From Candidatus Staskawiczbacteria bacterium (GTDB lineage Bacteria; Patescibacteriota; Minisyncoccia; Minisyncoccales; Staskawiczbacteraceae): a stretch of 64,000 nucleotides of DNA. Both the position numbers and the translations under genes were made by a program. The stretch covers positions 14,139 to 78,138 of the forward strand of contig CAIYRH010000007.1 of the NCBI GenBank assembly GCA_903928565.1, written 5' to 3'. Under the pieces are notes generated by a model. It did no database searches and was not told the DNA's origin. It saw only the letters and a list, made by a program, of their open reading frames with translations. Below, in pieces: positions 34,542-43,439 of this stretch. Position 1 is the first letter of the stretch. Every line of letters begins with the position of its first letter.

Positions 34542-37343
34542 ATGAATAAAGAACAAATAGTCAAAATAAAATTATGGCTTGCCAAAAACAAGCTATTGAT
34601 ATTGTTTTCTGTTTTTGTGATAGCAACATACGCTTTCATTGGAGGGCACATTGTAGAAAATCAACAAGCCTCTCTTTCAACCGCCCTGCAATCTTCAAAC
34701 TATGTAATTTCCCCTATGAATTCTGCCACGGGCATGGGCATTGTCACAAAGTTAGATAATGTTTGTAATTATGGTCCAGCTGTTGACCAAATTAATAAAA
34801 TTATCAATTCAATTGATTACCAGTCCCAACTGGCAATTAAAGCATACAAAACATCTAGTTGTGCAAATGGAAATAAAAGTACAACTCAACCCTGCATCCA
34901 AATAGAAGACACCTTATCAAATCTTTTTATCTCTCGAGCTTCGTATTCGCAAGAATTAGACAGAATAAATTATCAGGCAAATCAAAATCATTGCGGGACG
35001 CCTGTTGCATATAATAATAAAACAGATAAGAAATTTAATATATTAAACAATTCCTTAGGTGCTCTGGCGAATATTGTATTAGCTGTGACAAACAGTTCAA
35101 CTTTACATGCAAATTGTACTGTGCCAAGTAACAACATAACGGTTGGTATGTCAGTTGTTTACAGGGCTTCGGTATCTGGTGGAAGTGGAAATTATTCATA
35201 TACCTGGGCAAATAGTTGGTCTGGACCAAGTGCAAATGGAAGCACAATGTCTAAAACATTCACAGCTCCAGGCATTTATACAGCATCTGTAATAGTATAT
35301 TCTGGAGCAACATCTGCTACAGCTTCATGCCCCAGTATAACAGTGGCGCAAACATCAGGAACAGGAACAAACACCGGCATAGGTACCAATACAGGATCCG
35401 GCACGAACACTCCATTAAGTGCAACTTGTTCAACAAGCTCATCATCAACAATATTAAGCAGGGCTGTAACTTATTCTGCTTCGGCATCCGGGGGGAATGG
35501 AATATATTCATATAGTTGGTCGGGGCCTTTGGGCAATACGGCCAGTGTATCAAGAATATTTCCATCTGCAGGTACATACTCTGGGTCTGTTACCGTCAGT
35601 TCTGGTGGGCAAACCGCTACAGCACTTTGCCCAACAGTAACGGTTACATCAACAACTGGAGGAGGTTCGGGCGCGGGATCGGGGACGGGCACAGAAACTG
35701 GCACAGGAACTGGCAATATAAATTTACCGGCAACTAATAACGTAATTCGTCCCGTTAACGATCCTGTAGGATTATCACTTAATATCGTGGAATCTGCTTT
35801 GAGTTTAGGTGCGAATGGAGGAACAGACTTTGGTTGGTTAATTCAACAAACAACAGATAGTAAATTTAATACTGCCATTTCTGGTGGATTTACATACACA
35901 CCAACTAATCAGACGATGAGGGCATTGGTTGTTTCGTGGTTAAATTCAAGAATAAATAGTTTTAATACTTCATTGCCAAGCGTGCCGGTGCCGCCTTCGT
36001 CCGATGTTCTTGTGGATATTTTAATGTATCCTGGAAATATCAATAACAAGTTAGGTGTTGGAGCAACTGATCCGTCATCCTTCATAAATTCTACAGATGG
36101 CACAATTTTCTCTCTTAATAAATATGCCACAGTTGCCACTTCTGCAATCTCAAAATTAAATTCTATACAGCAAACTGCCACGTCGTATGGCTTCTCCGAT
36201 GTTGCTTCACTCGTTCAACAGCTAATTACCAAAACACAATTAATTATTGACCTTAATCTTTACGGGCAAAATTCTCCGGGCACTTTAAATCAAGGGGGTC
36301 AATTAAAACTTAATATAAAGACAACGGATCAACTTAATTCTTTTATTGATGGAATCAGTTTTTCAAATAATAATAGCAAAGAAATCGTCAGACAGAATTT
36401 AGAAAATAATATTAAAGTGCCCAGCAATATCATTACTGTGTATTTTGATACTGCAAATAATCCACGAGATGATAAATACAATTCAAAGATAGGAAGATAT
36501 CAAGATTATTATGTGGAGGACGAAGTGATTGTAAATACTCCGATGTGTGCGAGAGAAATATTGGCCGATGAACAAAATGTGGTTCAGAACGATCCCCTAC
36601 CTGAAGATTCTTTTTTGGGAGACAATAAAGATGGAATATGTTCCATACTTTCTGCAGCAAAATCTCTAGAAGATGATTTGTCGTTTAATGACGGCTCTTA
36701 TCCTGGATATCCTAATCCCACACTAAACTCAAATTCCGATACCCTCCCCAGGAATACAAAAGTTTGGAGTTGCCCATTTCTAGAAAAAATAACTCAGGTT
36801 GCCGGAGTGCCCTCTGGCCCCAGTGCCGTACAACGGCTAGATTTTTATACAAAAAATTTAACTAAGGCAACCAAGGTTAACCAATATTTTTTCCCGCCCA
36901 ATCTTAATGAGGAGTTTATTAAATGGTTTAAAAAAAATGATGGCAGAAATTGTACATTTAATTCCTACATAAAAGTTGATGACCAATTCTTTGGTCACTC
37001 GAGTCATATAGTAGACATTAAACAGGAAAATGGTAAATATAATGTTGTGATTGATAATATGCTTGATCAAGGAGAAAAGCAGAGTGTGTTGGGCGCCGAT
37101 GGAAAAGTTAAAAAAATTAATTGGTATGTTAATGCACCAGTAGATCCGGGGCAAACAACTTTGCAAATAGACTTTGCAGATAATAAAACTTTGACATGGG
37201 TGAAGGACAGTAAAAATGTGCGGGGTGATGCGGGAAATTTTTGGAGAAATATTAAGCTAACTAGTTGGATAATTGATTGTGTTGTTCCTGAATACCCGGG
37301 TAAAACCCCACTGCTCCCACCCCAGGATGTAAGCGATTTTTAA
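34542..37343 (+). CDS. Large secreted/anchored protein with two tandem PKD/Ig-like repeats
   Basis: N-terminal TM anchor. Two ~90-aa repeats (CTVPSNNITVGMSVVYRASVSGGSGNYSYTWANSWSGP...CPSITV and CSTSSSSTILSRAVTYSASASGGNGIYSYSWSGPLGN...CPTVTV) separated by GTGTNTG linkers. The ~550-aa C-terminal region is unassigned. Confidence 0.55.
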   Translation: MNKEQIVKIKLWLAKNKLLILFSVFVIATYAFIGGHIVENQQASLSTALQSSNYVISPMNSATGMGIVTKLDNVCNYGPAVDQINKIINSIDYQSQLAIKAYKTSSCANGNKSTTQPCIQIEDTLSNLFISRASYSQELDRINYQANQNHCGTPVAYNNKTDKKFNILNNSLGALANIVLAVTNSSTLHANCTVPSNNITVGMSVVYRASVSGGSGNYSYTWANSWSGPSANGSTMSKTFTAPGIYTASVIVYSGATSATASCPSITVAQTSGTGTNTGIGTNTGSGTNTPLSATCSTSSSSTILSRAVTYSASASGGNGIYSYSWSGPLGNTASVSRIFPSAGTYSGSVTVSSGGQTATALCPTVTVTSTTGGGSGAGSGTGTETGTGTGNINLPATNNVIRPVNDPVGLSLNIVESALSLGANGGTDFGWLIQQTTDSKFNTAISGGFTYTPTNQTMRALVVSWLNSRINSFNTSLPSVPVPPSSDVLVDILMYPGNINNKLGVGATDPSSFINSTDGTIFSLNKYATVATSAISKLNSIQQTATSYGFSDVASLVQQLITKTQLIIDLNLYGQNSPGTLNQGGQLKLNIKTTDQLNSFIDGISFSNNNSKEIVRQNLENNIKVPSNIITVYFDTANNPRDDKYNSKIGRYQDYYVEDEVIVNTPMCAREILADEQNVVQNDPLPEDSFLGDNKDGICSILSAAKSLEDDLSFNDGSYPGYPNPTLNSNSDTLPRNTKVWSCPFLEKITQVAGVPSGPSAVQRLDFYTKNLTKATKVNQYFFPPNLNEEFIKWFKKNDGRNCTFNSYIKVDDQFFGHSSHIVDIKQENGKYNVVIDNMLDQGEKQSVLGADGKVKKINWYVNAPVDPGQTTLQIDFADNKTLTWVKDSKNVRGDAGNFWRNIKLTSWIIDCVVPEYPGKTPLLPPQDVSDF

Positions 37344-37403
37344 TTATCAAAAATTTTCCGGCATTGAAGAAAAAGTAGGTGTCTATATATGTCATCAAAT
37401 AGC

Positions 37404-37433
37404 TTGACAAACATCATATCTGTATAGCATAAT
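37404..37433 (+). promoter_or_regulatory. Sigma70-type promoter of the BNR-propeller gene (TTGACA-18-CATAAT)
   Basis: ttgaca aacatcatatctgtatag cataat. The ~105-nt leader contains the palindrome attgaaaattttcaat. Confidence 0.45.
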
Positions 37434-37542
37434 AAAGCCAGACTATTGGGATTATGGCAAGTGCCACAAAAGGCCTTTGTCATAGTTCCAATATTGAAAA
37501 TTTTCAATTCCAAACCAACAATCAACCCCCACAACCAACCCC

Positions 37543-39093
37543 ATGAAAACAACAACCGCCGTCGCCGCAAAGGCGATTTCCATGAAGAAGATGGTTATAG
37601 GCGCCGTGTTGGCGCTTATGGCCTCAATTGCGATTTTCGTTGCCAACCAGGCGGAGCCGACGAAGGCGCGGGTGTACCCCACGCAAGCGACGGTGGCAGC
37701 GTTTCACCAAAACGCTCCATTGGTCCCAATGTCCAGAAGCGACACGGGGCATTCAGTCTCACGAACCGCCGTCGACAATAGTGCCGATTACACCGCTCCG
37801 CTGAAGAGCGGAGTGTCCACGTTCAACCAAAACCAGCCCTCAACCAAGACGCTGGTGAACTCCAGGTCGGGCGGAGCATTCTACGTCTTCCCCACCACCG
37901 TGGTCTCATCCGCCCCGAAGACAGTCAATCTCTCAAGAAGTGGTGCCGGTAACTATCGTGCGACTTCGTCGACGAACGGCAACTACGGTAGTGGGTACTA
38001 TCCCTCTTTGGGGGGTGGCGACTACCTCAACTTCGGCTACCCTGGTGGTGGCGGAGGTGGCGGTGGGTCTATTGGAAATCCCGATAACGGGAACCAGACC
38101 CACCCGCAACTGCCGTTTAACGGGTACGGAGGCACGCCGGGTGGAAACGGCCAAGACACCACACTGTGGGTTGGCCTTACATGCTCCAATGATGGAGTAT
38201 ATGTTTTCGCCTGTGGCAAAGGCCGAATGATTTCTGTGTCTGACGACGGCGGAACAACGTGGAAAGCGTGCGGAGAAATCCGTAACTACTCGGGTATCTC
38301 CGTTTCTGGCACGGGCCAGTATGGCATAGCTACCGTTTTCCACGGTGGCGTGTACGCCACCAAAGACTTCGGTCAAACATGGAAAGCTGAGCCAGGCCTG
38401 AAAGACGCGGATTATTCGGCCTGTGCCATCTCTAAAGATGGCCTCGTCCGGACTCTAACCGTTTCGGGCGGAAATATTTTCACGTCAAAAGACGGCGGAA
38501 AAAACTACCGCTTGGTTGCGAGCCCTCGCGATTGGCGTGGGGTTACGTTGTCGGTCTACGGCGAGCTTCAGGTTGCGGTGGACGCAAAGGGTTATCCCAA
38601 TTTCTCAGTCAACAGCGGTGTTGACTGGAAGCCGGTTGGCTCCTTAGTCAGCAGCTGGTCTGCTGTGACAATGTCCATCGATAGCATGTTCGGTCTCTAT
38701 GCCGACGGCAAGGCATTGTACAGATGGGAGAAATTTGACCTAACTCCCATTCTGGCCTTAAACGTCGCGGCAATTGCCGTGGCTACCGACCGGTACGGGC
38801 TGAACAGCCTTGTTACCGATGGCAAAGCTCTTTACGAGTCATTTGACTACAGCCACAAGTGGAGGACGATTGTCGCCCCCACCAGAACTTGGGCTGTTAT
38901 TGCTATGGCTGCGGAGGTGCCACAACGCATCTACGTTGCCGAGCAGAACGGTGCAGTGTGGAGCTCTTACGAGTTCGATAAGGTGACGGGCAACCGTATC
39001 TGGCATCAAGGTGTCACAAATGCTGACGCCCCTTATCCAGATGTTGCTCCGGCCCCAACGAGTCCCCCGGGATTCTTCGGCTCGGAGTTCTGA
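37543..39093 (+). CDS. Secreted BNR/Asp-box repeat beta-propeller protein, high-GC
   Basis: Signal/anchor, a Gly-rich linker (GGGGGGGGS), then repeated Asp-boxes: SVSDDGGTTWK, ATKDFGQTWK, TSKDGGKNYR, SVNSGVDWK. A sampled line (38041-38100) is 62% GC. Confidence 0.6.
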   Translation: MKTTTAVAAKAISMKKMVIGAVLALMASIAIFVANQAEPTKARVYPTQATVAAFHQNAPLVPMSRSDTGHSVSRTAVDNSADYTAPLKSGVSTFNQNQPSTKTLVNSRSGGAFYVFPTTVVSSAPKTVNLSRSGAGNYRATSSTNGNYGSGYYPSLGGGDYLNFGYPGGGGGGGGSIGNPDNGNQTHPQLPFNGYGGTPGGNGQDTTLWVGLTCSNDGVYVFACGKGRMISVSDDGGTTWKACGEIRNYSGISVSGTGQYGIATVFHGGVYATKDFGQTWKAEPGLKDADYSACAISKDGLVRTLTVSGGNIFTSKDGGKNYRLVASPRDWRGVTLSVYGELQVAVDAKGYPNFSVNSGVDWKPVGSLVSSWSAVTMSIDSMFGLYADGKALYRWEKFDLTPILALNVAAIAVATDRYGLNSLVTDGKALYESFDYSHKWRTIVAPTRTWAVIAMAAEVPQRIYVAEQNGAVWSSYEFDKVTGNRIWHQGVTNADAPYPDVAPAPTSPPGFFGSEF

Positions 39094-39108
39094 GAACATT
39101 TTTAGCAA

Positions 39109-39150
39109 AAGCGCCTAGCGGTCTTCGGACTGCTTCGCGCTTCTTTTTTT
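39109..39150 (+). terminator. GC-rich intrinsic terminator of the BNR gene
   Basis: aagcgc...gcgctt outer stem, inner agcggtc-ttcg-gactgct stem with a UUCG loop, followed by T7. Confidence 0.55.
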
Positions 39151-39212
39151 GCATAAAAAAGTGTGTATAACTATTTGACCTAGGGTCTTAAAAATGGTAA
39201 GTTAGAACTAAG

Positions 39213-40331
39213 TTGTTAAAAATAATTAACAAATTATTAATAAGGATAAAAAAACTCAAAATTAAGGGATTATCAAAAAATCCTTTGTTTTTTTTCGGTT
39301 TAATTTCTGTCTTTCTATTTATAAGTATATATATGTCCTGCGACGGCTCTAGTCTTGTGCCAAACCATTTGGCATTTTTTAATTCATCATTTGATAATAC
39401 AAACGGCAGTGCTTTGTTCTCTAGCCAATCAACTGCCATTCCTTTAGAAACTCCCGATTTAAAAATATTGCAAAACAATACGCTTTGCGCCATGGCTACT
39501 CCGTGCGCTGTTTCGGGGAAAGTTTTGGGAGATGTTTTTGGTGGAAGCCCGCAAAATAAAGATGTTACCGATTATACAGTACAACCGGGCGATACTTTTC
39601 AATCAATTGCAAACTCTTACAACATTTCTGTAGATACCATTCTTTGGGCAAATGAATTATCTTCTTCTTCAAAAATCAAAAATGGCGAAATTTTAACAAT
39701 TTTACCGGTAGACGGCGTTTTACACATTGTGCAATCTGGCGATACAATGACGGCCATTGCTGCAAAATACAAGGCTAAAGCCGACGACATTATTTCTTTC
39801 AACGATTTGGCAAACCAAGACGACATTTATGTTGGAGATATTTTAGTAATTCCTGGTGGAGTAATGCCTAAAAAATCAACCGCCAAACCAGTGCCCATTT
39901 CCAATCACCAAGTACCTCTAGCCCACAACTATTTTATATCTCCAGTTTTGCAGGGGCACATTACGCAAGGCTTACATTATTTCAATGGCATTGACATTGC
40001 CAACCCATGCGGAACGCCAATTTATGCTGCAGCTTCCGGCATTGTACAAAGGGTTTACAGCGACGGTGGTTGGCACCAAGGTGGAGGAAATTTTGTTACA
40101 ATTTTGCATCCTAATGGAACGTCAACTTACTACGGACACTTCGAAACGGTTTATGTTGTGTCTGGCCAGCATGTTACAGTTGGTGATAGGTTGGGCCTTA
40201 CTGGAAGAACGGGAAAAGCAACTGGTTGCCACGTGCACTTTGAAGTTATTGGAGCGTGGAATTTTATGTCGCAATACCCTGTTGGTGCGCACATTAAATG
40301 CGACGCAGCCGGGTGTCATATTACAAAATAG
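39213..40331 (+). CDS. LysM (x2) + M23-family peptidoglycan endopeptidase
   Basis: LysM motifs YTVQPGDTFQSIANSYNISVDTILWAN and HIVQSGDTMTAIAAKYKAKADDIISFN. M23 core GIDIANPCGTPIYAAASG...HPNGTSTYYGHF...GRTGKATGCHVHFEV. N-terminal TM anchor. Confidence 0.85.
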   Translation: MLKIINKLLIRIKKLKIKGLSKNPLFFFGLISVFLFISIYMSCDGSSLVPNHLAFFNSSFDNTNGSALFSSQSTAIPLETPDLKILQNNTLCAMATPCAVSGKVLGDVFGGSPQNKDVTDYTVQPGDTFQSIANSYNISVDTILWANELSSSSKIKNGEILTILPVDGVLHIVQSGDTMTAIAAKYKAKADDIISFNDLANQDDIYVGDILVIPGGVMPKKSTAKPVPISNHQVPLAHNYFISPVLQGHITQGLHYFNGIDIANPCGTPIYAAASGIVQRVYSDGGWHQGGGNFVTILHPNGTSTYYGHFETVYVVSGQHVTVGDRLGLTGRTGKATGCHVHFEVIGAWNFMSQYPVGAHIKCDAAGCHITK

Positions 40332-40333
40332 AC

Positions 40334-41182
40334 ATGTACATTTTTGACCCAGTGCAGTTTAAAGAATATGGTCATCGCTTTATTCAGGGCGATGATTTTT
40401 GGTATAGATGCCAATTAACCAAAAAGCTTTTCTGGAAAAGCATCTATATCCCCTTTGGGCCCGCTTGCCAAACAGAAAAAGGTTTTGAAAATTTTATAAA
40501 ACAAATTGAAACAACAAGGCTGGCAAAAGTTACAATTGATTTGCCAATGATTTATAACAATAAAATTGCACAAGATGTTATAAAAAAACTTGAAGAAAAA
40601 AATTATAAAAAAGTGCCCTATGTTTTTCAAGACGAAGAAACACTTTTATTGTTTAAAGATAAATTTAAATTTGATAGCCAAAAAAGAAACAGTATAAACA
40701 ATGGTTATAAAGCGACAAATGTTGTAGTAAAAAGCAAACTTTCGGAAAAAGAAATTAACGACATTTATAAAATATATTTAGAATCTGGCCAACGAATTGG
40801 TTACAGCCCAAAACCAAAAGATGTGTTTTTAAAATTGTCTGAAAACTGTTTGGCGGCATTAGCACTGGGGAAAGAAACTGGCGAAGTAGAGGGTTATGCC
40901 TTTGGTTATTTTATGGATTATGGAAAGACTAATTTTTCAGAAAAAGAAAATAACAAAATATTTTTGAATATGTTTACAGGGGTGAATGCCGAAGGCAGAG
41001 CACATAAAATAGGCCACGCCTTGCACTACGAATTATTTAAAAGCGCCTTTGAAAATGGGGCCGACATTGTTGATTTGCGTGGAGCCAGCCGAACAAAAAA
41101 AAGAAGCTATATCCACTTTAAGCACGACTTTTCAAATGATTTTTTTGACTTGCCGGGAAGTTTCACAAAAATATACTTATAG
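40334..41182 (+). CDS. FemAB-like / GNAT-fold peptidoglycan-bridge aminoacyltransferase-like protein
   Basis: 282 aa from MYIFDPVQF. The overall pattern and its position after the M23 peptidase suggest a cell-wall function. Assignment is by resemblance only. Confidence 0.35.
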   Translation: MYIFDPVQFKEYGHRFIQGDDFWYRCQLTKKLFWKSIYIPFGPACQTEKGFENFIKQIETTRLAKVTIDLPMIYNNKIAQDVIKKLEEKNYKKVPYVFQDEETLLLFKDKFKFDSQKRNSINNGYKATNVVVKSKLSEKEINDIYKIYLESGQRIGYSPKPKDVFLKLSENCLAALALGKETGEVEGYAFGYFMDYGKTNFSEKENNKIFLNMFTGVNAEGRAHKIGHALHYELFKSAFENGADIVDLRGASRTKKRSYIHFKHDFSNDFFDLPGSFTKIYL

Positions 41183-41195
41183 TTTTTTTGCAACT

Positions 41196-41227
41196 AAAAA
41201 TCCGAGGCAAACCTCGGATTTTTTTTA
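41196..41227. terminator. Bidirectional intrinsic terminator
   Basis: aaaaa-TCCGAGG-caaa-CCTCGGA-tttttttt, between convergent genes. Confidence 0.65.
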
Positions 41228-41231
41228 CAAA

Positions 41232-41255
41232 CTACTCACTACCAACTACAAACTA
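41232..41255 (-). repeat. Solo tagtttg-type heptad repeat; exact 24-nt inverted copy of 33169-33192
   Basis: The reverse complement of 41232-41255 is tagtttgtagttggtagtgagtag, identical to 33169-33192. Its first TAG (41253-41255) is the stop codon of the DksA/TraR-like gene. Confidence 0.7.
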
Positions 41256-41609
41256 TTTGTCGCACTTCAAGCAAGTTTTTGCCTCGGGGCAAGCAAGCAA
41301 TCTTTCTTCGTCTATTTTTTTTCCGCAGTTTTCGCAAACGCCATAAGTCCCTTTTTCTATTTTTTCTAAAGCACTAACTACGTCTTTTAATTTTGATTCC
41401 AAGCTATATTCTAAAGATAATTTATTGTTGTATTCTTGGACTTCATCGGCTTCTTCGTCTTTGTCGCCCTCTTCCCTATTTGGGTATTTGGTATCCCAGT
41501 TATTTTTTAAGTTGGGGTCTTCTTTTGCAAAACTTTCTAGCTCACCTTGAATAGATTTTTTTTGTTCTTCAAGTTTTTCTTTTAATTCATCTAATAACTT
41601 TTTTTCCAT
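41253..41609 (-). CDS. DksA/TraR-family C4 zinc-finger protein
   Basis: Coiled-coil N-terminus plus GTYGVCENCGKKIDEERLLACPEAKTCLKC. Confidence 0.8.
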   Translation of the reverse strand: MEKKLLDELKEKLEEQKKSIQGELESFAKEDPNLKNNWDTKYPNREEGDKDEEADEVQEYNNKLSLEYSLESKLKDVVSALEKIEKGTYGVCENCGKKIDEERLLACPEAKTCLKCDK

Positions 41610-41623
41610 TATCTTATTTTTTA

Positions 41624-42646
41624 TTATTTAATATTACTTTGTTTTTGACCCCCGCCCGATTGCACACCCTTATCTACGTCTTGTAAAAACTTTTTTCGGG
41701 CCTCTTCTTCATCCGCAAAAGATTTTACGGGTTTTTTTGTTGGCACGGGCATTGTAAGTGAGGCTGTTTTTCTGGGCACCGCTATTGGCGTGTTTTTCCA
41801 TTGTTGCCTTTGCATTTTTTCATTTTCTGCGGCTCTAACCTTGGCCAAGGCCTCGCGCTTGGCAACTTGTTCGGCGGCAAGCCCCTTTCGCTTTTCTTCT
41901 TCTCTGGCCATTATAACAGAATAAATTTCTCTTAACGATTTATCCGCTCCTAAAACTTTTTCACGCAGACCATTTTTTTCTAATACCATGTTTTCAGAAG
42001 ACTTATCAATTTCTGTAACTTTGGCAGTTGTTTCTTGAATGTCTTTTTCTGCTACCCACCTTCTTTTTTCCACTTCTTTTATTTTTTCATCTAAATCCCA
42101 GCGCGATTGTTCTAGCCCTTTCCGCTCTTCTGGAATGGTGGTTGTTTTTTCTTTTTCAACAATAAATTTTTGTTCGTCTTCAAACTTTTTTTCTTCGGCT
42201 AAAATTGCATTTAACTTTTCTTGTTGTGTGCGTTTTTGTAATAATAAATTATTTTTTTCTAATTTTAAAGCTGGGTCTTTTACTTTATCAATGTCGTCAA
42301 TTTGTTTTTCAAAGCCAAGCCTTTGCGACTCTAACAAAAATATTTGTTGGCGTTCTTGCTCGGTGGCATAATTTTTTAAATCTTTTTCGGCAACTCTTTC
42401 TTGGCCTTCATTTTTTGTTAATACTTCGTCTCTGCCAATTTTTTCTACAACTTTTTTTGCGCCTGCTAATTCATTGGCCTTTTGTCTTTCTGTAAGTTGT
42501 TCTTCTAAAGTTTTTAACTTAACAATTTTATCTCTTTCTCTAAGAGCATCGGTTTCGCGAAGGGCCATTAGGTCTTTTTTCATTGTACGAATTTCGGCCC
42601 TCTTTAAAAATTCTTTTGCTTGTAGTTCTTCTGCTTGTGTTGGCAT
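41624..42646 (-). CDS. Lys/Glu-rich coiled-coil protein, function unknown
   Basis: 340 aa, highly charged, heptad-like throughout. Confidence 0.45.
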   Translation of the reverse strand: MPTQAEELQAKEFLKRAEIRTMKKDLMALRETDALRERDKIVKLKTLEEQLTERQKANELAGAKKVVEKIGRDEVLTKNEGQERVAEKDLKNYATEQERQQIFLLESQRLGFEKQIDDIDKVKDPALKLEKNNLLLQKRTQQEKLNAILAEEKKFEDEQKFIVEKEKTTTIPEERKGLEQSRWDLDEKIKEVEKRRWVAEKDIQETTAKVTEIDKSSENMVLEKNGLREKVLGADKSLREIYSVIMAREEEKRKGLAAEQVAKREALAKVRAAENEKMQRQQWKNTPIAVPRKTASLTMPVPTKKPVKSFADEEEARKKFLQDVDKGVQSGGGQKQSNIK

Positions 42647-42664
42647 AATTTTATAAGTTTTAAT

Positions 42665-43408
42665 TTATTGGCATTGTTCTTCCCATGTGCGTAAACATTT
42701 TTGTTTTACTTCGCACCAAGTATAACCGGCCGAGCCAATGCAACCATGAGAATCTCTGTCGTCACCTACAACTATGGGTGCTGGGTTTGCAGATCCAGTT
42801 AACTTAAAAGTAGATATAATTTTGTTAAATGTATCTTTTGTTAAAAATGTTGCTTCATCTGGAAATTGTACAGCCCCAAAGACAACATATGACGTGTCAC
42901 CTATTGGAAAATAAGCTTGAAAGTCATTTGTTTGAACCCCGCTTTTGATAGGGTTATAATAAAATTCTTTACCATTTATGCCATTGACGGATATATTTTC
43001 TACGGTAAAATTGCTACCTTCTTTTTTTATTTGTGCGATATAGTCATCCATTATTTGTCTAAAAGTTACGGTTTTGCCATAAATTTCATCGGGATAAGTT
43101 CTAACATCAAAGTAATCTCCCAAACTAACTATGACACTCCATGCATGTGTTTCTTCTTTTAGCGCGTCCCATTGTTGTGAGTTGGGATAATTAAATTCAA
43201 ATCCATATTGTGCATTTTTGAATGTTTTCCAATTGGCTGTTAAGTCGGCGGGTTTCTGAGTTTGTGTTTGCGTTGTGGGTGCTTTAAACCAGCTCATTAT
43301 ATTCCAGTTCCAACTGAATGGGTTCCACCACGCGGCCAGCGCAACCGAAGGTACAACTAAAACAGCAATAAATAATATTAATAAAAATTTAAAATATTTG
43401 TGTTGCAT
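42665..43408 (-). CDS. Secreted protein, WWNPFSWNWN-motif family (paralog A)
   Basis: Signal peptide ...VVPSVALA, then AWWNPFSWNWNIMSWF, a Q/T linker, a WKTFKNAQYGFEFNYP domain, and a Cys-containing C-terminus. Confidence 0.55.
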   Translation of the reverse strand: MQHKYFKFLLILFIAVLVVPSVALAAWWNPFSWNWNIMSWFKAPTTQTQTQKPADLTANWKTFKNAQYGFEFNYPNSQQWDALKEETHAWSVIVSLGDYFDVRTYPDEIYGKTVTFRQIMDDYIAQIKKEGSNFTVENISVNGINGKEFYYNPIKSGVQTNDFQAYFPIGDTSYVVFGAVQFPDEATFLTKDTFNKIISTFKLTGSANPAPIVVGDDRDSHGCIGSAGYTWCEVKQKCLRTWEEQCQ

Positions 43409-43439
43409 ATTTTTAAATTATAAATTATAAGATTTTGCA

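Noticed and set aside
39188-39493. 101-aa minus-strand ORF
   Set aside because: It overlaps the promoter and the N-terminal anchor-coding part of the LysM-M23 peptidase gene on the opposite strand. No supporting signals.
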